Assembly: GCA_050485365.1 (NCBI GenBank) | Contig: JBJHBH010000002.1 | Location: 1,788 to 65,787 of the forward strand | DNA: 64,000 nt | Direction of reading: 5' to 3' | DNA from: Desulfuromonadales bacterium | GTDB taxonomy: Bacteria; Desulfobacterota; Desulfuromonadia; Desulfuromonadales; JACZKF01 | Shown: in pieces, positions 48,923 to 56,657 of the stretch | Numbering within the stretch: the first letter of the stretch is position 1 | How the letters are laid out: each line of letters starts with the position of its first letter | Made by a program: the position numbers and the translations under genes | The notes under the pieces: generated by a model | Databases searched by the model: none | Seen by the model: only the letters and a program-made list of their open reading frames with translations | What the model was told of the DNA's origin: nothing

Positions 48923-50137
48923 ATGTCGACCGTCAATTTGGAGATGATCCGGGAAGCCGCCTCCATCCTGCAGGGACACTGCCGGCGCACCGAGCTCATC
49001 CATTCGGACTATTTCTCGGAGTGCACCGGACGCCCCCTCTTCTTCAAGTGCGAAAACCTGCAGCGCACCGGATCGTTCAAGATGCGCGGCGCCACCCATT
49101 TTCTGCGCCGCCAGAGCGCCGAGGCCCTGTCGCGCGGGGTGATCACCGCCTCGGCGGGGAATCACGCGCAGGGGGTCGCCTGCGCGGCGGCACGCCAGGG
49201 CGTGCGGGCCATGGTGGTGATGCCCACCTCGACCCCGCCGGCCAAGATCAGCGCGACGCGCCACTACGGCGCCGAGGTCGTTCTTCACGGGGCCGGCTTC
49301 GACGAGGCGGCGGCCCATGCGCAGCGGCTCGAGAAGGAGCGAAGGTTGCTCTACGTGCCGGCCTTCGACCACCCGCTGGTCATCGCCGGGCAGGGGACGA
49401 TCGCCCTGGAGATCCTCGCCGATCTGCCCGAGGCGCAGACGCTCCTCGTCCCCATCGGCGGCGGAGGTCTGATCTCGGGGATCGCCGTCGCCGCCAAGGC
49501 GCTCAAGCCCGAGATCCGCATCGTCGGCGTCGAGGCGGCCGGCGCCCCGGCCGCTCTGCTGTCGCGTCGGAAGAAGGCGCCCGTCTCCCTTGCCGCCGCC
49601 CACTCCCTCGCCGACGGCATCGTGGTGAAGCGGCTCGGCGAGCTGACCTTCCCCCTCATCGAGGCGCTCGTCGACGAGGTGGTGATGGTCGAGGAGGAGG
49701 AGATCGCCCGGGCCGTCGTCAGCCTGATGGAAAAAAAGAAGCTCGTCGCCGAAGGGGCCGGCGCCGTCTCCCTCGCCGCCGCCCTCTATGGCCGCAGGGA
49801 GCTGTGCCGCGGAACGACGGTGTGCCTGGTGTCGGGGGGAAACATCGACGTGCAGACGGTCTCCAGGGTGGTGCAGCGTGCCATGATGGCCGAGGGGCGC
49901 TACCTCAAGATCGAGGTCGAGCTCCACGACGCCCCCGGCGCCCTGTCGCCCCTCACCGCCCTGCTCGCCTCCGTCGGGGCGAACATCCTGCAGATCAGCC
50001 ACGACCGGCGCTCCTCCTCCCTCACCCTGGAGCGCGCCGAGGTGCGCCTGGAGCTCGAAACGCGCGGCCCGGAGCACATCGCCGAGGTCCTCGGCGCCCT
50101 CGAAGCGGCGGGATACGCGGCGACCGTGAAGCGATGA
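48923..50137 (+). CDS. ilvA: Threonine ammonia-lyase (threonine dehydratase) with a single C-terminal ACT-like domain
   Basis: PLP-lysine motif 'GSFKMRGA', 'SAGNHAQGVA', 'GGGGLISG'; 404 aa. Confidence 0.9.
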   Translation: MSTVNLEMIREAASILQGHCRRTELIHSDYFSECTGRPLFFKCENLQRTGSFKMRGATHFLRRQSAEALSRGVITASAGNHAQGVACAAARQGVRAMVVMPTSTPPAKISATRHYGAEVVLHGAGFDEAAAHAQRLEKERRLLYVPAFDHPLVIAGQGTIALEILADLPEAQTLLVPIGGGGLISGIAVAAKALKPEIRIVGVEAAGAPAALLSRRKKAPVSLAAAHSLADGIVVKRLGELTFPLIEALVDEVVMVEEEEIARAVVSLMEKKKLVAEGAGAVSLAAALYGRRELCRGTTVCLVSGGNIDVQTVSRVVQRAMMAEGRYLKIEVELHDAPGALSPLTALLASVGANILQISHDRRSSSLTLERAEVRLELETRGPEHIAEVLGALEAAGYAATVKR

Positions 50138-50832
50138 GCCCGCGGTGCGCCCTGACGCTGGTCGGGACGGTGCACCGAAGCGGGGGCGAGGCGTTGCTCG
50201 CTGAGCTGCTTCTCCGGGAGCGCCCCGAGATCGTGACGCTCGAGATGAGCCCCTACGCCCTCGCCTTCAGGCGCGGGCGGGGGCCTTCGCTGCTGGCGCG
50301 GCTCGATGCGATCCTCGATCGCCTCGCGGCCGAGACGCATCGAGCCCCCGAAACCCTTCGCCCCCACCCCCGCATCGAAGCGATCCGCACCCTCGTCGCC
50401 CTCCCCTTCGAATACACCGCCGCGGCCGCCTACGCCGAGGCCACCGGCATCCCGGTCGATCTCATCGACTCTTCGTTGATCTCGGCCCGAAAGCTGCGCC
50501 GCGTCGAGCGCGAGCTCATCACACTCGAAAACATGCGCACCCTGCTGACCTTGGAGCCCGAGTCGCCCCAAGAGGACCATCGCCTCGCCAGGGCGATGAC
50601 GGGCGAAAAGACCGATCCGGCGATCCGGCGCGCCTTTCTCGCCACGCGGCGCGGTCCAGAGGCGATCGGGGAGCGCGACCGGCGCATGGCGGACGCCATC
50701 CGCCGCCGCGCGGCCGAAGGCCGAAGAATGGTCCATATCGGCGGGTGGATCCACCTGATGGAGGACGAACAGAAAGAAACGCTCTACGAGAGGGTGCGCG
50801 ATCTGGAGCCGTGCAGGGTGGTGATCGGGTGA
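50134..50832 (+). CDS. TraB/GumN-like family protein (tentative)
   Basis: ATGA overlap with the ilvA stop. N-terminal 'LTLVGTVHRSGGEA...RPEIVTLEM' resembles the TraB 'GTAHVS' start. 232 aa. Confidence 0.5.
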   Translation: MSPRCALTLVGTVHRSGGEALLAELLLRERPEIVTLEMSPYALAFRRGRGPSLLARLDAILDRLAAETHRAPETLRPHPRIEAIRTLVALPFEYTAAAAYAEATGIPVDLIDSSLISARKLRRVERELITLENMRTLLTLEPESPQEDHRLARAMTGEKTDPAIRRAFLATRRGPEAIGERDRRMADAIRRRAAEGRRMVHIGGWIHLMEDEQKETLYERVRDLEPCRVVIG

Positions 50833-50839
50833 GGACGCT

Positions 50840-52066
50840 CTACCCCACGAACAGCATCCCCGCGATGGCGGCGCTCAGCAGGTTGGCGAGAGTCGCCGCT
50901 AATAGCGCCCTCAACCCGAGGTGCGCCACCTCGCTTCGGCGCTCGGGGACGAGCTCGCCGATGGTGCCGATCTGGATGGCGATGGAGGAGAAGTTGGCAA
51001 AGCCGGTCAGGGCGAAGCAGGTGAGCATGAACCCCTTGGGGGAGAGGGTCGCCTCGGAGATGGCGCTGAAGGCGACGACCTCGTTGAAGGCCGTCTTGGT
51101 GCCGAGCAGGTGGGAGAAGGCCGCCACGTCGTGGGACGGGACCCCCACGACCCAGGCCGCCGGGGAGAAGGCGACCCGAAGAAGCGTCTTCAGATCCAAA
51201 TGCCCCTGCGTGACGGCGCCGAGGACCCCGTCCAGCAGGTGGATGAGGGAGATGAAGGCCAGCAGCATCACCGCCACCCCGACCACCGCCCTCCACCCCT
51301 CCATCGCCCCGCGGGCCACGGCGTCGAGGACGTTGATCCCGTGCTCGGCCTTTTCGGTCTCCGGGCTCTCGACAAGAGCACCGGGAGACGTCTCGGGGAT
51401 GAGGATCTTGGCGAAGACGATCGCGGCGGGCGCTGCCATGATGCTGGCGGCCAGCACATACTCCAGGCGCGCCCCCATCCCTGCGTAGGCGATCAGCAAC
51501 CCCGAGCCGACCGTCGCCATCCCCCCCGTCATGGTGAGAAAGAGCTGCGAGCGGCTCATGCTTCGCAGATACGGCGCGATGGTGAGAGGCGCCTGGGTCT
51601 GCCCGAGAAAGACGTTGCTCGCCGTCACCACCGCCTCGACGCTGCCGATGCCGAAGACGCGGCCGAAAAGCCCCGCCATCGCGCGAACGATGCGCTGCAT
51701 GATTCCGTAATAGTAGAGGACCTTGATCAGCGCAGCGAAAAAGACGATCGGCACCAGCGCCTGCAGGATGAAGGCGTAGGGCCACCCCTCGAACCCGTCG
51801 ACCTGAGCGAAGCCGGTGTAGAGCGGACCGAACACGAAGCGCGTCCCCTCCGAGGCGTATTGTAAAATCTTGTGCAGCCCGGCGCTGATCACCTCGAAAA
51901 AGGTGCGCCCCGGCGCGGTGCGCAAAACAAGAAAGGCGAACAGGAAGATCAGCCCCAGCCCGTAACCGACCGGCTTCCACCGGATCGCCCGACGGTCACT
52001 CGAACACAGAACCGCCAGCGCAACCAGCACCGCAATCCCCAATACCCCTCGAAGAATCTGTTCCAT
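50840..52066 (-). CDS. nupC: NupC/NupG-type concentrative nucleoside transporter
   Basis: 408 aa polytopic membrane protein. N-terminal 'RGVLGIAVLVALA.LCS.DRRAIRW' and C-terminal 'GFANFSSIAIQIG' are typical of CNT/NupC. Confidence 0.8.
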   Translation of the reverse strand: MEQILRGVLGIAVLVALAVLCSSDRRAIRWKPVGYGLGLIFLFAFLVLRTAPGRTFFEVISAGLHKILQYASEGTRFVFGPLYTGFAQVDGFEGWPYAFILQALVPIVFFAALIKVLYYYGIMQRIVRAMAGLFGRVFGIGSVEAVVTASNVFLGQTQAPLTIAPYLRSMSRSQLFLTMTGGMATVGSGLLIAYAGMGARLEYVLAASIMAAPAAIVFAKILIPETSPGALVESPETEKAEHGINVLDAVARGAMEGWRAVVGVAVMLLAFISLIHLLDGVLGAVTQGHLDLKTLLRVAFSPAAWVVGVPSHDVAAFSHLLGTKTAFNEVVAFSAISEATLSPKGFMLTCFALTGFANFSSIAIQIGTIGELVPERRSEVAHLGLRALLAATLANLLSAAIAGMLFVG

Positions 52067-52100
52067 TGCAACGAATCCACTTCATGCCGCAGTGCCGGCG

Positions 52101-52134
52101 AAAAAAACGCCGCGCTCTTGTGTGGAGCGCGGCG
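52101..52134 (-). terminator. Rho-independent terminator closing the low-G+C island operon
   Basis: Minus strand 'cgccgcgctc-cacacaa-gagcgcggcg' followed by T7. Confidence 0.8.
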
Positions 52135-52224
52135 ACAGTGTGCACCAACTCAGTAAAATGGGCAAGCTCAGGATCCTACCCCTCCTAAAATCATGGCGGG
52201 GACGAAATGTAGTTGTCGTTATCG

Positions 52225-53853
52225 CTAGCGAGGGATTTGTGGCAAGGATCCGACATCGCTCAAGGTGCCAGGATTCATCTCCCCGCCTGAAACCGTAACT
52301 TCTATAGGGCCGAATATCATCGCTTCGCTGGCAAGATATAGGTTGTAGTGACCGTCATGGACGTCCTGTAGGTCGATTGCGAAACGCGCGCCTTCAACCC
52401 CTCCATAGACGACAATATAAGCTGAGCTCAGAGGATCCCCTTTCTTTTTGAGCACAAGGTGATCGATTTCGGTCCCCTCTGCGCCATTGACGACTCCATT
52501 GAACTCTCTTTGAGCCAAGTAATTTCTCACCCAGGCGTGGTAGTTCGCCTCAAACTCCGCCACGGTCAGGGGGTTCCCGTTGCGCGTGAGATGCGCAGCG
52601 AAAGCGTCGGGAAAACTTGCTTCGAGGCTCATTTCAACCAGAAGGTTGATAAACTGCTGAAGCGTGTTTCCCGCGCCGCCTTCTTCCGTGGGCGCCAGAA
52701 GATAGCGCAATGCAAGGGCATAGTACGGATAGTATAGGCCGTCATCAGGAATGCTCAAGAAGTGTTTGGCGGAGATCGGGTTGGCATTGTTTTCGCCAAA
52801 GAAGAGATCGTACTCGATCGTACTCTCGGCCCCGGGGGCGTTTTTCGACGTAAGGACAGCGAGCCCCTCGCTGAACCACCGCTCGACACGGTACGGGGAA
52901 AACCCCTGTGCCGTTCCGTCAAGATTTAGCTGGATGGTGTGCGTCAGCTCGTGCTTGATGAGTTTGCGGTAAAAACGATCATCGTTGTCGGTCAGATAGC
53001 TCATGTCGTGCAGTCCAGTGTCCAGCGCCGTCACTTCAATGCCATCCACAAAACCGGTCCCACCAGAATTGGGAGTTTGCCTGTTGCAATGCACGATCCA
53101 TCGTTTCTCGCCAAGGCCGAGTTCTTCGGCGGTGAGTCCAAAGAACTCCAGCAATTCCGCGAGTGCCTCTTCACTGTAGGTGGCGACCTTTACAAGCACA
53201 TCGTCCGAGCTGGGGCTGGAGGCGTGAGTTGAGACAATGAAATATTGTGTTACGAAAACACGATCCGCCTTATCTGCAGGAAGAGTGAGCCCTAGTACCG
53301 AAGCAGAAGCAAATTGTCCGATGACCGAATCAGAGGGTGGGTTATTTTCGACAGGTTGAGTCGGCAATGGCCTGTCCCAGTACGTGTTATAGAACTCAAT
53401 GGCTTGACTCAGGCCTGTTTCGGCATTGAAAAACCAACCTTCATCATATTCACCATCAAAAACGATTTTTGAATTTTCTTCCTCAATTACAATTCTTATG
53501 CTGTGAAATGTGGTCAAATTGACATTGTTGACCATGAAGCTTGACCGCAGTCTTCCATCCGAGAGAATCTCCCAAGTACCTGTTAAATTTTCTTCTGGAA
53601 CACCGGTTTTAATATGAGCACCTCTCGTAGCCTGACCGCCGGGATGAAAAGTCATTGAGGCGTAGCCATCGTCGGCGCCAATGTATACTGTTTTCCCTAC
53701 AATCATCTCTTCGGTAAAAGGAATTGGATCGCTTGGCGGAGAAGTAGGCGCTCCAGGATTAAGGTTTTCAGGGCTAACATCCCCTCCCCCACCGCAGGCT
53801 GCCAACAGTATTGCCAATAAACCTAGGCATAGTTTTTTTCTAAATTTAAACAT
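52225..53853 (-). CDS. Lipoprotein with gluzincin-like zinc-peptidase motif
   Basis: Start at ATG 53853 after 'ggaaggg'. Lipobox 'LLAAC'. 'LIKHELTHTIQ' (HExxH) with Glu 18 residues later, and 'RWFSEGLAV'. 542 aa. Confidence 0.65.
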   Translation of the reverse strand: MFKFRKKLCLGLLAILLAACGGGGDVSPENLNPGAPTSPPSDPIPFTEEMIVGKTVYIGADDGYASMTFHPGGQATRGAHIKTGVPEENLTGTWEILSDGRLRSSFMVNNVNLTTFHSIRIVIEEENSKIVFDGEYDEGWFFNAETGLSQAIEFYNTYWDRPLPTQPVENNPPSDSVIGQFASASVLGLTLPADKADRVFVTQYFIVSTHASSPSSDDVLVKVATYSEEALAELLEFFGLTAEELGLGEKRWIVHCNRQTPNSGGTGFVDGIEVTALDTGLHDMSYLTDNDDRFYRKLIKHELTHTIQLNLDGTAQGFSPYRVERWFSEGLAVLTSKNAPGAESTIEYDLFFGENNANPISAKHFLSIPDDGLYYPYYALALRYLLAPTEEGGAGNTLQQFINLLVEMSLEASFPDAFAAHLTRNGNPLTVAEFEANYHAWVRNYLAQREFNGVVNGAEGTEIDHLVLKKKGDPLSSAYIVVYGGVEGARFAIDLQDVHDGHYNLYLASEAMIFGPIEVTVSGGEMNPGTLSDVGSLPQIPR

Positions 53854-53884
53854 CGAAACATCACCCTTCCTTTGATATGAATGC

Positions 53885-54301
53885 TTACATTGAAGATATG
53901 TACCATTTTTTATCATTCTTTATAAACTTAAACCCCTTGCTTTCTTTTAATATTTCGCCAGACTCAAATGCTCCATACTCTTCTTCTAGCACTCCCATCA
54001 CGACTGAGATTCCCAACAAATCATCATACCCCTTTGCCTCCTCATACATTTGATGACCGATTTCTTGGAGACCGATTTTGAATTTAATTTGATATTCTAC
54101 TTCGGCAACATAACTATTGTCATTTACGTTTTTGCCACTTGTTTTCTTCACATTAACTACATCGTAAATCAAGTCGCCACCATCTGCCAGAAGGGCAGCT
54201 CGAACTTGAGTTTCAACCTCTGACTTTTTTGGCTCATTCGAACAGGCAGCCATCAAGAGTGTCATTATAATTATTAAGATAAGATTTAGCTTTATCTTCA
54301 C
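53885..54301 (-). CDS. Small lipoprotein, unknown function
   Basis: Lipobox 'LLMAAC'. 138 aa. Very AT-rich codon usage compared with the rest of the window. Confidence 0.6.
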   Translation of the reverse strand: MKIKLNLILIIIMTLLMAACSNEPKKSEVETQVRAALLADGGDLIYDVVNVKKTSGKNVNDNSYVAEVEYQIKFKIGLQEIGHQMYEEAKGYDDLLGISVVMGVLEEEYGAFESGEILKESKGFKFIKNDKKWYISSM

Positions 54302-54328
54302 AATCTTTACCTTTCGTCTCAGTAACCT

Positions 54329-54646
54329 CTAGCCCTCAACAACTGCTTCCTGATTCGCCATCTTCCCTGTGTTGTCCGCTATACGGAAGATCACGATCAG
54401 GAGCTCCAGCCAGAGTCGACTCATGACAAGAAGGAGTGCCGCCGTTATTACCCCACCCAAAAGTCCGCCCACGACTCCGAGAACTCCCCCTTCCGCCAAT
54501 CCGGCAAGAATCACGGTGAGACCGGTCAAGACAGATCCGATCATTGATATGACGTAGAGAATTTTTATCATTTTAATTGTGATGAACTGATTGAAGTCCA
54601 AATCCATCAGATTCGAAATAAATCCGTTTTTATTCATGTGACTCAC
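54329..54646 (-). CDS. DUF4282-like small membrane protein
   Basis: 'LMDLDFNQFITIKMIKILYVISMIGSVL' followed by Gly-rich TM helices; 105 aa. Confidence 0.6.
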   Translation of the reverse strand: MSHMNKNGFISNLMDLDFNQFITIKMIKILYVISMIGSVLTGLTVILAGLAEGGVLGVVGGLLGGVITAALLLVMSRLWLELLIVIFRIADNTGKMANQEAVVEG

Positions 54647-54677
54647 CTATCCTTTATTGGTCAGATGGCATCTGAAG

Positions 54678-55442
54678 TCAGAAAAAATTCGCAATTTGAT
54701 AAGAGAGCGAATCACTGATGGCCCTTGCAGCCTCTGCTCTATCCATATTCGTCTTTGTTGCCGTCACGACAATTCGAGTGTAGTAATCAATTTTGTCAGT
54801 GTCCTCCTGGTAATCTGTCCTGGATTGCTGCCCCCGCACCGAAGCCGAGGCGACGGCACGCTCCTGTGTCCCCGCACGGGTTCTCATTCCTTCGGCTGCA
54901 ACATTCTGTGTAGTCGTTGATCGTTGCGCCGTACCTTTCACCCGCTCTTTGATCTGTACATCGACGACTCCGAACCACCTGTCGACGCTGACCATAGAAC
55001 CCAAAGCTGCGCCGGCTATACCGCCCACCCCTGTGCCAACTGTCGCCGATTTCCAGGATCCCCCGGTCGCGGTCCCGACCATCGCTCCTCCAAATCCTCC
55101 AATCATGGCGCCTTCTGCCGTCATTCCCTCGCGTTCTCGTTCAAGGGCGACAAACACGACATTCAGCTCATGGTTCGCCTCCCGTGCGTCTCTGGTGACT
55201 TTGTAGCCTCTAAGCGACAGTTCATTGATCAGAAGCCTTTCGAAATCGAGCTCTCTGACATCGGACTGATTTCGAACTCTCACATAGATCGGTTTACCTT
55301 CCGAGATCATCTCTTCGTTGAGAAAGAGTGCCTGTGTCAGTCTCGATTCGGTCTCCAAATTTCTGTGCGCCACTGCCGAGCAGCCGGATAGAATCATTAC
55401 AGCCAACACCATCAAGAGACACCCCAATTTCATGCGATACAT
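54678..55442 (-). CDS. traT: TraT-like outer-membrane lipoprotein (surface exclusion / complement resistance family)
   Basis: Start at ATG 55442. Lipobox 'ILSGC'. Collinear with F-plasmid TraT as I recall it: 'RNLE..', Gly-rich central segment 'GGFGGAMVGTATGG', 'VVDVQIKERVKG', and 'YYTRIVVTATKTNM....ISDSLSYQIANFF' at the C-terminus. Confidence 0.75.
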   Translation of the reverse strand: MYRMKLGCLLMVLAVMILSGCSAVAHRNLETESRLTQALFLNEEMISEGKPIYVRVRNQSDVRELDFERLLINELSLRGYKVTRDAREANHELNVVFVALEREREGMTAEGAMIGGFGGAMVGTATGGSWKSATVGTGVGGIAGAALGSMVSVDRWFGVVDVQIKERVKGTAQRSTTTQNVAAEGMRTRAGTQERAVASASVRGQQSRTDYQEDTDKIDYYTRIVVTATKTNMDRAEAARAISDSLSYQIANFF

Positions 55443-55516
55443 TTTCTTTTCCTTTCGTGTTTGAAGGTTTGCGATCGTTTCGTTCTTACCCACGTTTTTC
55501 CCTCCTGTCTCCCGCC

Positions 55517-56410
55517 TTAAAACGGGCCTTCCAATGGCCGCAGCTCGTAGGCTGAAGCGCGTATGACTTCCATAACTTCGGCGTCGTGGCCGTGTATCGG
55601 CCACTGCCTGCAGATTCTGATCTGGACGTGGTGCTCGTTGGCCTGCGCGACGCGCAGTAGAGCGCTGATTTTGTTGGAGCGGTCCTTACCTCGGCCGCGG
55701 CTCGCCTCGAGTTTGAAGGCGTTGCGCCCGGCGCTGCGGATGCTTGCGCGGTTGCCGACGATGAGCACGTGCTTGGGCTGGTGCGGTGTGGCCGACGCGA
55801 CGAATTTTCTGAGGGTCTCGAGATTTTCCCGGTGGTAAGCGAGATCCTGATCGTTGCGCGGGTTCGGGTCTCGGCCGCTTTGTTGCGGAAAGGGGGAGAG
55901 CTCCATGTGCAGGATCTTTCCATCGCAAAAGTGCGCCTCTTCGTCCGGGGCCATGAAGTAACCTGCTTTCCCGCAGTGCGCCAGGCGGGGGTTTTCCTGC
56001 TGCCAGGAGCCGTCTTCGCTCCAGGGGGCTTCGCCGTTGATTTCGCCGATTTCAGGGTGGTTTGTGAGGCTGAGCCAGGAGAGCATCGCCACACGGAAGC
56101 GCTCGGCGACATCCTCGAAGGAGGACGCGGTGCGAAGGTCGCCATAAAATTTTTCGATGCCGCCGAGCCCCGGTTCGTTGGTCACCAAAACAATGCGCGC
56201 CTGCGCGATCTGCTCATCGCCCCAGCGCGGAAATTGCGGCGTCTGCCGGAGAAATTTTCGCAGCGACAGCTCACCGCTATGCAATCGCGACAGATTCTCT
56301 TCGACAAGGGGTCGCTCGGACGCAGAGGGGAGATAGGGGTTGTAGGCGCCGAAGTCGTACAGGCTTCGGCGCCTTTGAGGCAGGGTTTCGCTCTTGAAAT
56401 GCTGTTGCAT
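55517..56410 (-). CDS. Hypothetical 297-aa protein, first gene of the island operon
   Basis: Start at ATG 56410 after 'ggagggg'. The longer ORF start (56512) would lie upstream of the predicted -24/-12 promoter. No family recognised. Confidence 0.6.
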   Translation of the reverse strand: MQQHFKSETLPQRRRSLYDFGAYNPYLPSASERPLVEENLSRLHSGELSLRKFLRQTPQFPRWGDEQIAQARIVLVTNEPGLGGIEKFYGDLRTASSFEDVAERFRVAMLSWLSLTNHPEIGEINGEAPWSEDGSWQQENPRLAHCGKAGYFMAPDEEAHFCDGKILHMELSPFPQQSGRDPNPRNDQDLAYHRENLETLRKFVASATPHQPKHVLIVGNRASIRSAGRNAFKLEASRGRGKDRSNKISALLRVAQANEHHVQIRICRQWPIHGHDAEVMEVIRASAYELRPLEGPF

Positions 56411-56481
56411 GTCCCCTCCGCGCCGATGCGCCGTGAAGCCTGAATGCGGAGGTTCGCCCCCCCTACTGCATCCATAGCCAT

Positions 56482-56497
56482 CGCACAGAGCGTGCCG
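56482..56497 (-). promoter_or_regulatory. Sigma-54 (-24/-12) type promoter
   Basis: Minus strand 'CCGGCACGCTCTGTGCG'. GG (56496-56495) and GC (56484-56483) have canonical spacing. About 60 nt upstream of the island's first ATG and divergent from a bEBP gene. Confidence 0.6.
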
Positions 56498-56521
56498 GAA
56501 TCGGCAAAGCATGAAAAACGC

Positions 56522-56542
56522 TTTTAATCCGAGGGATTAAAA
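56522..56542. promoter_or_regulatory. Perfect palindrome, candidate activator-binding site (UAS)
   Basis: 'ttttaatcc-gag-ggattaaaa', about 35 nt upstream of the -24 element. A second looser IR 'ggtgttttca..tgaaaacc' lies at 56581-56624. Confidence 0.45.
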
Positions 56543-56657
56543 TTCGGGCGGGAGGGAAAGGGCCACTGTGCGCAAAAGAGGTGTTTTCAAAAATTTAATT
56601 TTCGGCTATCATTTTCTGAAAACCTCATTGAGTGTTTCACATGTCCGGAGGGGGAAC

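Noticed and set aside
52229-52237. 9-mer 'cgagggatt' also present at 56529-56537, considered as att-like direct repeats flanking the island
   Set aside because: A single 9-nt match within 64 kb is close to chance expectation (about 0.2-0.5 occurrences). No integrase or tRNA is at either border.
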